In this document: positions 9,511 through 17,236 of the stretch, in pieces | Layout of the letters: every line of letters starts with the position of its first letter | Position numbering within the stretch: the stretch's first letter is position 1 | Origin: Clostridia bacterium | GTDB lineage: Bacteria; Bacillota; Clostridia; Oscillospirales; CAG-272 | NCBI GenBank assembly: GCA_017619885.1 | Contig: JAFZRM010000024.1 | Location: forward strand, 1-41,366 | Reading direction: 5' to 3' | DNA length: 41,366 nucleotides | Notes under the pieces: generated by a model | Told to the model about the DNA's origin: nothing | Database searches by the model: none | The model's input: only the letters and a program-made list of their open reading frames with translations | Position numbers and translations under genes: made by a program

Positions 9511-9954
9511 TCAGAAAACCCATTCGAACTCTACATAATCAATATCTGCATCCAAAATGATACAGCCGTTTGAGAACAGCTTAATGATGATGGAACATGA
9601 ACCGACATAGTGGGACAAATATTCCAATTTGAACTTACCTTCGGGCAATTCAGTTAACAAACTGTTTTTAATACGCTTATAGTGACCGTCTATTGAAAAC
9701 AGTTTTGAAAGCAGCCTCATCGGCTTTACCCATTTATAAATTGAGAAATCATCTGAATCAAAAGCATGATGATATCTGATTATAAGCGATTTTACGCCCG
9801 GTTTATAAAATTGAATTGAATCGTTGTTGGAAATACCGTCTTCAAATACAAATTCAATACATTGATTATCCAGATGGATATGTTGTATGACACAATCGTG
9901 AGGAATCGGTATTGTAGGCAGTGATTCTCCATTCAGGACGTATTTTTCTATCAT
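9511..9954 (-). CDS. Hypothetical protein (cassette D cargo)
   Basis: 147 aa AT-rich ORF with GAGG RBS, between junctions J3 and J4. Confidence 0.75.
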   Translation of the reverse strand: MIEKYVLNGESLPTIPIPHDCVIQHIHLDNQCIEFVFEDGISNNDSIQFYKPGVKSLIIRYHHAFDSDDFSIYKWVKPMRLLSKLFSIDGHYKRIKNSLLTELPEGKFKLEYLSHYVGSCSIIIKLFSNGCIILDADIDYVEFEWVF

Positions 9955-10001
9955 GTTTTCTCATTCCTCTCGTATTTGTTTAATATACATCTATCCCGTA
10001 G

Positions 10002-10044
10002 TCACGACCCGGCTCGAGACATCAATACGACTGATTCCACATGC
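10002..10044 (-). repeat. Junction J3: rlmD 3'-end copy HVESVVLMSRAGS* (no IR arm)
   Basis: 10013-10044 is 31/32 identical to 11806-11837. Confidence 0.85.
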
Positions 10045-10070
10045 GTCTTAAAAGGAAAGAAATCAATCTT

Positions 10071-10376
10071 TTACAAACAATAATCTATTTTCCATTCGTC
10101 AAAGTTGATTCCGCCTATTGATATCAAAACAATCTCATTCCATCGGTCTTTGATAGATTTGCCGTCAAAAATCGGAGCTTCAAAGAGTTCTTTTGCGGTT
10201 TTACATTCCCAACCGTTTTCAATGTCACAGTAACCTACCCAGTATGGCATTTCATATTGCGGCAAATATCCAATATAATGTTCCACTTCGTTCGGATCCG
10301 TTTTGAAATAGAAAGAAGTCTCGTCAATGTTTCTGCACTTTCTATCAAACAAGTCAAACAATGTTTCGTAATTCAT
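10071..10376 (-). CDS. Hypothetical protein (cassette C cargo), possibly toxin-immunity-like
   Basis: 101 aa acidic/aromatic ORF with ELFEAPIFDGKSIKDRW motif. Confidence 0.7.
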   Translation of the reverse strand: MNYETLFDLFDRKCRNIDETSFYFKTDPNEVEHYIGYLPQYEMPYWVGYCDIENGWECKTAKELFEAPIFDGKSIKDRWNEIVLISIGGINFDEWKIDYCL

Positions 10377-10553
10377 GATAACGTACCTTTCTTTGTTCCG
10401 AATTCTTCATCAGTCCGGGTGAACTCCAAATGATCGTCAATATTTTTCCGACGTAAAAGAACAACCGTCTCCACATGCCTCGGGACAATGGCGTGAATAA
10501 AAAAACCGTTATCAACGCTGTTGTCTCGACCCGCCTCGTAAAGAATATGCCGT
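10373..10553 (-). repeat. Junction J2: inverted-repeat arm plus extended rlmD 3'-end copy HVETVVLLRRKNIDDHLEF...
   Basis: 10477-10373 encodes a 34 aa tail; IR 10481-10499/10510-10528. Confidence 0.85.
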
Positions 10554-10575
10554 CGATCACTATGCAAAAGAAGAT

Positions 10576-11745
10576 TTACTCATCAAGATCATAATCATCC
10601 GGATTGAGCAATTTGATTCCCTGAGCATGATGCTCTTCAACAATTTCTCCCCACCTACGGTTGTGTTCTTCAATATACGCCCGTTTGCTTCCGTAACACC
10701 GCCAGGCACACCATCCGCATTGACCTTCCGGATTCTTCAAGGGGATAAAATGGACTGTTATGTCCAGCAGTTTTCTCGGATCGCCTTCAGGCGTAAAACG
10801 AACGCCGAATTGTCTTTTCCATTCTTCATCAATTTTTCTTTTCCAAGGCAGTCCTTCTTTCACACCTTCTCTAATTGGAAAATCGGGCAATTCTGCATAG
10901 TAAATCCACTGTTCGGTTTGCGTTTTTCTTTTCTCCAATTGAAGCGGAATGGTTTTTCTCGGATAACGGTCGAGATCATATTCCAACTGAACGTCGCGAA
11001 AACGGATTTTCTCTTGCTCAACATAACTGCCTGAAAAGGCAATCGCAACGCCTTTCGTTTTTCCTCCGGTATTAATCACAAAGTAACATTGGTCCTTTCC
11101 AATCTCACAAGGCATCAAACTGGGGCTTGTAAAGGACAGCTTTGGAGGCTCTGATTTTGAGGCCGATTCAGGAAGGTTGAAATATAAGGTTTGTACTCCT
11201 TCTGTAAACTGTTCCGTGATAAGCTCATCGCAGAACCGCCCCTGCCCGGATGTAAGCCCTAACAGCGGTTCAAGACCATCCAAGGCATCCTCTGCAAAAA
11301 CGTATTTCTGTGTAAGGACAGATTTCCATTGTGCATTATCAGTAACAATATCTTTCCACCTTGCCGGTGTTGAACGAATTTTGAGTTCGGGATAGCTTCC
11401 TGTTTTTGCCCAGGCGACGATGTCAAGTTTTTTGTTTACGCGGTTCAATATCAGACAGTCGCTGTCAAAACATGAAACGGTCAGCACGTCTGCCGATAAT
11501 TTCTCTGAAAGCGGGTTGCAAATATCTCGAATCGTTTCTTCTGTACAGAAATCAAGCCCGTCCGAACAAACAGAAACCCATTTCCCGCCTGCATCATAAA
11601 TTGAAAGCGACAAATCTGCTTCATCCGGACTATTCTTCTTCACGTATCCTTTTGCATTCAGTATCTCTGTCAAAGTCGACCGAAAAAAGTCCGCATCATA
11701 TTCCGCTGTTTTGCGCACATGAAGATTCGAGAAAAACCAACCCAT
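10576..11745 (-). CDS. Hypothetical protein (cassette B cargo)
   Basis: 389 aa ORF with GGGAGGG RBS; no confidently recognised family. Confidence 0.8.
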   Translation of the reverse strand: MGWFFSNLHVRKTAEYDADFFRSTLTEILNAKGYVKKNSPDEADLSLSIYDAGGKWVSVCSDGLDFCTEETIRDICNPLSEKLSADVLTVSCFDSDCLILNRVNKKLDIVAWAKTGSYPELKIRSTPARWKDIVTDNAQWKSVLTQKYVFAEDALDGLEPLLGLTSGQGRFCDELITEQFTEGVQTLYFNLPESASKSEPPKLSFTSPSLMPCEIGKDQCYFVINTGGKTKGVAIAFSGSYVEQEKIRFRDVQLEYDLDRYPRKTIPLQLEKRKTQTEQWIYYAELPDFPIREGVKEGLPWKRKIDEEWKRQFGVRFTPEGDPRKLLDITVHFIPLKNPEGQCGWCAWRCYGSKRAYIEEHNRRWGEIVEEHHAQGIKLLNPDDYDLDE

Positions 11746-11797
11746 GCTTTTACCCTCCCTTTCTGTTTTGAACTAAATATCATCCAACTTGTACACT

Positions 11798-11886
11798 CTA
11801 CCCGTCTCGAGACATCAATACGACTGATTCGACATGCCTTGGAGCAGCAGGTCAAATAAAAAAGCTTGTATTCGACCCACTGGCTC
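11798..11886 (-). repeat. Junction J1: diverged inverted-repeat arm plus rlmD 3'-end copy HVESVVLMSRDG*
   Basis: 11836-11798 tail; IR 11842-11858/11869-11886 with the same AATA-N10-TATT geometry. Confidence 0.8.
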
Positions 11887-11974
11887 ATCCCAATGAAGGA
11901 ATGGGCAATTCCCCAGGACTGGTCAGGGTTGAGACAGTAGGATGAATATCGGTACGCCGATAAACCGGAATTTG

Positions 11975-12478
11975 TCAAACCATTCTCGACAACAGAAAAT
12001 CAGGACGTTCCCCTATTAAAACCGAGTCAGTAACGTCAATTACTTCAATATCGCCCTTCGAGTATTCATCTACAAAACTTCTTTCATTATCAAAGATCAG
12101 CTCTTTCCCATACCAAGGTTTCCCAGACTGGGGAGTAAGCTCCAAATAAACAGTTTTATTTTCGAGATAAAATGTCAAAACGGTATGTTGCTTTCTGCTC
12201 TGCTTATCATGCAAGAGCCATATCTTGCTTGGGATATTACGCTTGTCAAGAATGTATCTCATCAGAACAACAGCATCATTACATGTGCCCACCTTTGCTT
12301 TCATAGTGTCCTCTGGGTCCTGAATGCAATATTCCGTTTGTAAACGGTCAAAAAACTCTTTGTCAAATCCCTTAGTCATATCAGGCTTATATGTTTTGCC
12401 ATTCAAATAGAAGCCGTATTCGTAACCATTATCCAAAAGTTCTTGTTTCAACAGCTTGCATGTTTCTTTTATCAACAT
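11975..12478 (-). CDS. Putative transglutaminase-like (Cys-His-Glu) protein (cassette A cargo)
   Basis: Start MLIKETCK at 12478 after GGAGG; motifs VGTCNDAV, HTVL and VYLE. Confidence 0.65.
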   Translation of the reverse strand: MLIKETCKLLKQELLDNGYEYGFYLNGKTYKPDMTKGFDKEFFDRLQTEYCIQDPEDTMKAKVGTCNDAVVLMRYILDKRNIPSKIWLLHDKQSRKQHTVLTFYLENKTVYLELTPQSGKPWYGKELIFDNERSFVDEYSKGDIEVIDVTDSVLIGERPDFLLSRMV

Positions 12479-12507
12479 TGCTATTCCTCCGTCAAACTCC
12501 GATTTAC

Positions 12508-13839
12508 TCATTTCTTTGTCATTAATACCACCGTCTCCACGTGTCCGGTCTGGGGGAACATATTGAACGGATACGCGGTATCCGCAGAGTAGCTGCCGAG
12601 CAGTTTTTTCAAATCGCGCGCGAGAGTATCGGGATCGCATGAAATGTACAGGAGTTTATCAGGTGCGATGTCAAATATCGCGTCTATTACTTCATCCGAA
12701 AGACCTTTTCGCGGCGGATCGACTATGATCGCGTCGACTTTTCCGTTGACTGCATTTTTAATTACCGAGCTGTCTCCGCAGAGGAATTCAGCATTGTTAG
12801 CTTCGTTCAGGCGCGCGTTGATCCTTGCATTTTCGACCGCTTCCGGCACTATCTCGACCCCTATGAGTCTGCCGGTCCCGCGAGCCGCACACAGCCCGAC
12901 GGTGCCGACGCCGCAGTACAAATCGACGACGACTTCGCTGCCTTTAAGATCGAGCAACTCCGACGCTTTTATATAAAGCGCCTCACAGCAGTCGTGATTC
13001 ACCTGGTAAAACGACGCCGGTGATATCTCGAACTTCCTGCCGCACAGGATGTCGTGAAGTGTTTCTTTACCGTAAACGCTTACGTATTTTTTTCCGTAGA
13101 TAACGTTAGTGTTTTCCTCGTTCACATTTACCGTGATACCGCAGACGCGCGAATGCGCCGAAGTTACGGCGGAAATCAGCTCGTCACAGAAAGGCAGTCT
13201 TTTTGCGTTGATAACAATAATAAGAAGGATCCCTACCGTCCCGGATCTCATACAAATGTGTCTTAAAAGTCCTTTTCCGGTCTTTTCGCTGTAAGCGGTG
13301 ATACCGCGCGAGTCGGCGAAATCACAAACGGTCCGCGCTATGCGCGGGAATTCCGGATCGGCGATAATACAGTCCTCGCAGAAAACGATATCGTGGCTGT
13401 GCTGTGCGTAGTAACCGAACGATACATGCCCGTTTTTGTCGACCCCGACGGGGAACTGCGCTTTGTTGCGGTATCTCGTGCCGTCGCCGACGGACGTGAC
13501 CTCTGCTACCGAGATATCAACGCCCGCGCGAAGAAAAGCCCCTTCGACGATCCGACGCTTTATTTGCAATTCATGCTCCGGCGTGATATTTTTGAAAGAA
13601 CAGCCGCCGCATCTTTTATATCCGCACAAGGGCTGTACGCGATTCTGTGACGGTTCGATGAGCTCGGTGATCGCGGCGACACAGTAGTTTTTCGCCGTCT
13701 TTATGACTTTGACTTTGCAAACGTCTCCTGTGACGGCGCCGATAACGAAAAACACGGTGCCGTCAACGCGGCATACACCGTTGCCTTCATTATTCATATC
13801 GTCGATTCTGACTGTGAAAATCTGATCTTTTGCAAACAT
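12508..13839 (-). CDS. rlmD: 23S rRNA (uracil-5)-methyltransferase RlmD/RumA
   Basis: TRAM domain, C..K.CGGC Fe-S motif, DLYCGVG, VDPPRKG, YISCDPDTLARD, MFPQTGHVETVVLM. Confidence 0.95.
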   Translation of the reverse strand: MFAKDQIFTVRIDDMNNEGNGVCRVDGTVFFVIGAVTGDVCKVKVIKTAKNYCVAAITELIEPSQNRVQPLCGYKRCGGCSFKNITPEHELQIKRRIVEGAFLRAGVDISVAEVTSVGDGTRYRNKAQFPVGVDKNGHVSFGYYAQHSHDIVFCEDCIIADPEFPRIARTVCDFADSRGITAYSEKTGKGLLRHICMRSGTVGILLIIVINAKRLPFCDELISAVTSAHSRVCGITVNVNEENTNVIYGKKYVSVYGKETLHDILCGRKFEISPASFYQVNHDCCEALYIKASELLDLKGSEVVVDLYCGVGTVGLCAARGTGRLIGVEIVPEAVENARINARLNEANNAEFLCGDSSVIKNAVNGKVDAIIVDPPRKGLSDEVIDAIFDIAPDKLLYISCDPDTLARDLKKLLGSYSADTAYPFNMFPQTGHVETVVLMTKK

Positions 13840-13862
13840 CGTCCGTCAGCCTTTTTTCTTTA

Positions 13863-13891
13863 ATTATACTATGAATATCGTGCTTTGTCAA
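13863..13891 (-). promoter_or_regulatory. Consensus sigma-A promoter of rlmD
   Basis: Minus strand TTGACA (13891-13886), 17 bp spacer, TATAAT (13868-13863). Confidence 0.85.
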
Positions 13892-13902
13892 GGATAAAAA
13901 TC

Positions 13903-13930
13903 GAAAAGCCCCGCATAAGCGAGGCTTTTC
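13903..13930 (-). terminator. Terminator after tRNA-Glu
   Basis: GAAAAGCCCCGC-ATAA-GCGAGGCTTTTC hairpin immediately 3' of the tRNA CCA. Confidence 0.75.
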
Positions 13931-14005
13931 TGGTGACCCGTGGGGGAATCGAACCCCCGTTTCCAGCGTGAGAGGCTAGCGTCTTGGCCGCTTGACCAAC
14001 GGGCC
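13931..14005 (-). tRNA. tRNA-Glu (anticodon CTC)
   Basis: GGCCCGTTGGTCAAGCGGCCAAGACGCTAGCCTCTCACGCTGGAAACGGGGGTTCGATTCCCCCACGGGTCACCA; cloverleaf, GTTCGA T-loop, encoded CCA. Confidence 0.95.
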
Positions 14006-14017
14006 GATTGCTTTTGC

Positions 14018-14046
14018 AGTATACCATACATTAAGCAAAAAATCAA
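14018..14046 (-). promoter_or_regulatory. Sigma-A promoter of tRNA-Glu
   Basis: TTGATT, 17 bp spacer, TATACT with TG extension. Confidence 0.65.
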
Positions 14047-14051
14047 GAGGT

Positions 14052-15617
14052 TTAAGCAAAAAAATTTGATTTTTTTTCGCTTTTTTTGAATATGCGCAGC
14101 GCCCAGCTTTTTTCGTCGTCTGAAATGAAACCGAACGTGCGCAAAAGCGCCGTATAAAACACGGTCATCACAACCGATCCGACGATTACCGTAATGACGA
14201 GTTCGCCGTAATCGATGCGAAGATATCTGAAGAAAAGCCCTGTCAGACACGCCGCGCCAGTCATGCAAAGCGACGGGACAACGACCGACCTAATAAGCCC
14301 GAGCTTTACGTTCACACATCGGAAAAGCTTTGAAAGGCTCAGTGCAGCATTCAATATCTCACAGACGTAAATCACAGCGACGTATCCTTTTATCCCGAAC
14401 GGCGGGAGCAGGAAGAACACGAGTATCACGGAGACAAGCGCGTCTATTATGTTATATCTCATCGAAGCGAACTGTTCGCCGAGGCCTTTAAGTATCGCGT
14501 CAGTCGTGTTGTCAACGTACATAACCGGTATCAGAAACGCAAATATTCGGATGTAAATTCCGGCTTCGGCGCTGTCGTAAAGCAGCGCGCCGAGCGCGTC
14601 GGCGTAATACGCGAATATCCCGGCGATTCCGACGGAAAAGATGACCGATATCTTCATTATCCGCCCGGTGACGTATTCGATCGATTTATCGTTTCCTATT
14701 TCCTTATATCTCGTCACTTCCGGAACAAGCAGGCCCGTGAACGCCGACAGAAACGCCATCGGGAAAAATATAACCGGGAATACCATACCGGAAACGACTC
14801 CATACGACGACAGCGCGGCTTCCGTCGTCGAGCCGTTCTTTATCAGCCCTTTCGGAATAAGGATATGTTCGATAGTCACGAGAGCGCTTCTTATATACGA
14901 GCTGACGGCGATCGGGATCGCCATTTTGATCAGCCGCCACGACAGATCGGACGACGGCGGAGCTGACAGATCCTCAATGCGTTTTCGGTCGAACAGATAA
15001 AGGACGAACGAAACGATAAACGCGAGCACTTCGGATATCGTTATACCTATAACTATAGCAGCGGCGGCTTCTTCGATCCCTTTGCCTGCGATCGCGGCAA
15101 GAAGAGCGGCTGTCAGAAACATCCTGATGAACTGCTCGAGGATATTTGTCACTGCATTTTTCGCGACGCGGCGCACGGCGGAGAAATAGCCGGACAGGGC
15201 GTTTGAGACCGCAAGCGGCGGCAGGCTCAGCGCGAGTATCCGAAGCGACAGCGTCGCGCGAACGTCTCCGAGCCAGTCGCATGCGATCGCCTCGGCAGAC
15301 GTCAGAAGGATCACCATACCAGAAAATCCGAACACGAGCGCGTAGATAATACAGCGAAGCATCGCGGCGCGCACGCCTTTGCCGGAGCCTCGGACGATCT
15401 GCTGCGAGACCATACGCGTCGTCGCCAGATATATGCCCGACGTCGCGAACGTCACGGCAAACGTGTAAACGGACATGACGAGCGAAAAAAGGCCGACTCC
15501 GGAGGCTCCGATCCTGTTAGTTAAATATACGTTGAATATGACCGTCAGCATTCTCATGGTCACCGACGTCGCGGTCAATATCAACCCGTTTATTATAAAT
15601 TGCTTAACCAGCTTCAA
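14052..15617 (-). CDS. SpoVB/MurJ-like MOP-superfamily flippase (polysaccharide biosynthesis protein)
   Basis: Polytopic membrane protein; YLTNRIGASGVGLFSL and AILKGLG motifs; TTG start. Confidence 0.8.
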   Translation of the reverse strand: MKLVKQFIINGLILTATSVTMRMLTVIFNVYLTNRIGASGVGLFSLVMSVYTFAVTFATSGIYLATTRMVSQQIVRGSGKGVRAAMLRCIIYALVFGFSGMVILLTSAEAIACDWLGDVRATLSLRILALSLPPLAVSNALSGYFSAVRRVAKNAVTNILEQFIRMFLTAALLAAIAGKGIEEAAAAIVIGITISEVLAFIVSFVLYLFDRKRIEDLSAPPSSDLSWRLIKMAIPIAVSSYIRSALVTIEHILIPKGLIKNGSTTEAALSSYGVVSGMVFPVIFFPMAFLSAFTGLLVPEVTRYKEIGNDKSIEYVTGRIMKISVIFSVGIAGIFAYYADALGALLYDSAEAGIYIRIFAFLIPVMYVDNTTDAILKGLGEQFASMRYNIIDALVSVILVFFLLPPFGIKGYVAVIYVCEILNAALSLSKLFRCVNVKLGLIRSVVVPSLCMTGAACLTGLFFRYLRIDYGELVITVIVGSVVMTVFYTALLRTFGFISDDEKSWALRIFKKSEKKSNFFA

Positions 15618-15648
15618 ATTTATTTACCGTACCGATATAGAATTGATT

Positions 15649-15700
15649 TTTATATTGTTCAAATTATTGTATTGCAAAGCAATAGATTTTATGATAAAAT
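15649..15700. promoter_or_regulatory. Divergent promoter pair sharing a palindromic TTGCAA -35
   Basis: TTGCAA at 15672-15677; plus strand TAAAAT at 15695-15700 and minus strand TATAAA at 15654-15649, each 17 bp away. Confidence 0.5.
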
Positions 15701-15752
15701 CAAAAAAGTACCGTACCGCGGTGCCTTATCCAACTGAAAGGTCAATCAGATA

Positions 15753-17225
15753 ATGAAGAAACTCTCCCTGTTATCGCTGATACTTGCCGCGTTGTTTATG
15801 ATCACGTCGTGCAATATCATAATCAACACGCCGGACACGTCCTCCGATACGACGACTGAGGGCATACCGGAGGAAACCTACGCTCATTCGAATATGGTGA
15901 CGGCGCCGCTCGACGATATAGTAGCGACGACCGAGTTGCAGCAGTTTCCCGTTTCCACATTCAAATACTTTTTCATGCAGGACTACAACTCGTTCCTCGA
16001 CAATTACTATTACTATCTGTCGTATTACGGGCTCGATACGAACGTGCCCCTTCACGATCAGGAGTATTCGGGCGAGGAGGGCATGTCCTGGTACGACGTA
16101 TTTCTCGATAACGGAAAACGAGCGTTTGAGCAGTACGCCAAATTCGCCGAAATGGCGCTGAAAGAAGGCATGTCTCTTGATGAAGGCGACAACGCCGAGA
16201 TCGAGGCGTATCTCGATTCTATAGAAGCCGCCGCAAAAGATTACGGCGAAACGTTCGATCAGTATATAGCTGAATTCATGGGCGAAGGCATGAACAGAGA
16301 ACGGGTTAGAAGCGCGATCAGCCTTTCGCAGCTCGGCTATAAGTATTATCTGAAGTTGTATAACGGTCCCGTTTATACCGATGAACAACTCGAGAAGGCA
16401 TATACGGACGGCGCCGGCGCGTACTCTCTCATAGATTACAACGAAGCTGTGATCGAGGCGCTGTACGACGAAACGGACGACGAAGAAGCCGTCAAAGCCG
16501 CAAAAGAAGAAGCCAAGGCAAAAGCCGAACAGCTCAAAAAACTCGTGGAAGAAGGGAAGAGCTTCACCGAAGCGTACAACGAACTGATTTCCGTCGACGA
16601 TGACGGATCCGAGGGAACCAATGAAATGCTAGTGACCGGAGCCGCGTATTCGTCGCTTGAAAAATTCGCTTTCATTTATGAGAAGGAAACAGTTGAAGGA
16701 CAGATAAACATAACGTACGACGATTCCGGCAATGCAACCGTCATCCAGTGTGTAAAACTTCCTTACAAGAACACCCTGAAACTCGTGGACGTCCGACACA
16801 TCCTTCTGACTTCTACCGAATACAACACGGAAGACGAGGCTTACGCAAAAGCACAGGAACTCGTTGAAAAGATCGTCGCGGCAACCGATAAGATCGACGA
16901 GATCACAAAGCTCGCCGCCGAATTCTCCGAGGATCCCGGTTCAAAAACGAACGGCGGTCTGTATGAAGATGTGCCGCCCGGTGAAATGGTCGAGGAATTC
17001 AACGACTGGTGCTTCGATTCCGAAAGACAGGTCGGCGATATCGGCATAGTCAAGACTTCGTACGGTTATCACGTGATGTTCCTCGACGGGTTCGGCGAAG
17101 AATTATGGCGTTACAACTGCGACGCCGCGCTGCGCGACGCGGAATTTACCGAAAACGCCGACAGGATATACGCTGAAATCACCGTTACGTATAACGAAGA
17201 TCTTCTCGACAGGATCGTTAAATAA
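15753..17225 (+). CDS. PrsA-like parvulin peptidyl-prolyl isomerase lipoprotein
   Basis: Lipobox ITSC; VRHILL, LAAEFSEDPGSKTNGGLY, MVEEFNDWCF, VKTSYGYHVM. Confidence 0.9.
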   Translation: MKKLSLLSLILAALFMITSCNIIINTPDTSSDTTTEGIPEETYAHSNMVTAPLDDIVATTELQQFPVSTFKYFFMQDYNSFLDNYYYYLSYYGLDTNVPLHDQEYSGEEGMSWYDVFLDNGKRAFEQYAKFAEMALKEGMSLDEGDNAEIEAYLDSIEAAAKDYGETFDQYIAEFMGEGMNRERVRSAISLSQLGYKYYLKLYNGPVYTDEQLEKAYTDGAGAYSLIDYNEAVIEALYDETDDEEAVKAAKEEAKAKAEQLKKLVEEGKSFTEAYNELISVDDDGSEGTNEMLVTGAAYSSLEKFAFIYEKETVEGQINITYDDSGNATVIQCVKLPYKNTLKLVDVRHILLTSTEYNTEDEAYAKAQELVEKIVAATDKIDEITKLAAEFSEDPGSKTNGGLYEDVPPGEMVEEFNDWCFDSERQVGDIGIVKTSYGYHVMFLDGFGEELWRYNCDAALRDAEFTENADRIYAEITVTYNEDLLDRIVK

Positions 17226-17236
17226 ACGGAGTGAAT

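Larger units (their letters stand above)
9373..12543 (-). mobile_element. Putative gene-cassette array (accreted mini-elements) integrated at the rlmD 3' end
   Basis: Four single-ORF units bounded by five rlmD-3'-end copies (His codon first base at 12543, 11836, 10477, 10043, 9408); visibly AT-richer than the flanks; all ORFs co-oriented with rlmD. Confidence 0.75.

Noticed and set aside
10373-10567. 64-aa ORF as a standalone gene
   Set aside because: It is the junction arm read in frame into the rlmD tail copy, and has no convincing RBS; treated as part of junction J2.
9373-12543. Repeats read as a CRISPR array
   Set aside because: The repeats are degenerate, spaced 434-1359 bp apart by whole genes, and encode the rlmD C-terminus; no cas genes are present.
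12479-12640. N-terminal extension of ORF 11975..12640
   Set aside because: It overlaps rlmD in another frame; a GGAGG RBS supports the start at 12478.
13931-14005. tRNA-Glu as the integration site of the AT-rich island
   Set aside because: I found no duplicate of the tRNA 3' end; intact rlmD lies between the tRNA and the island, and the duplicated sequence is rlmD's own 3' end.
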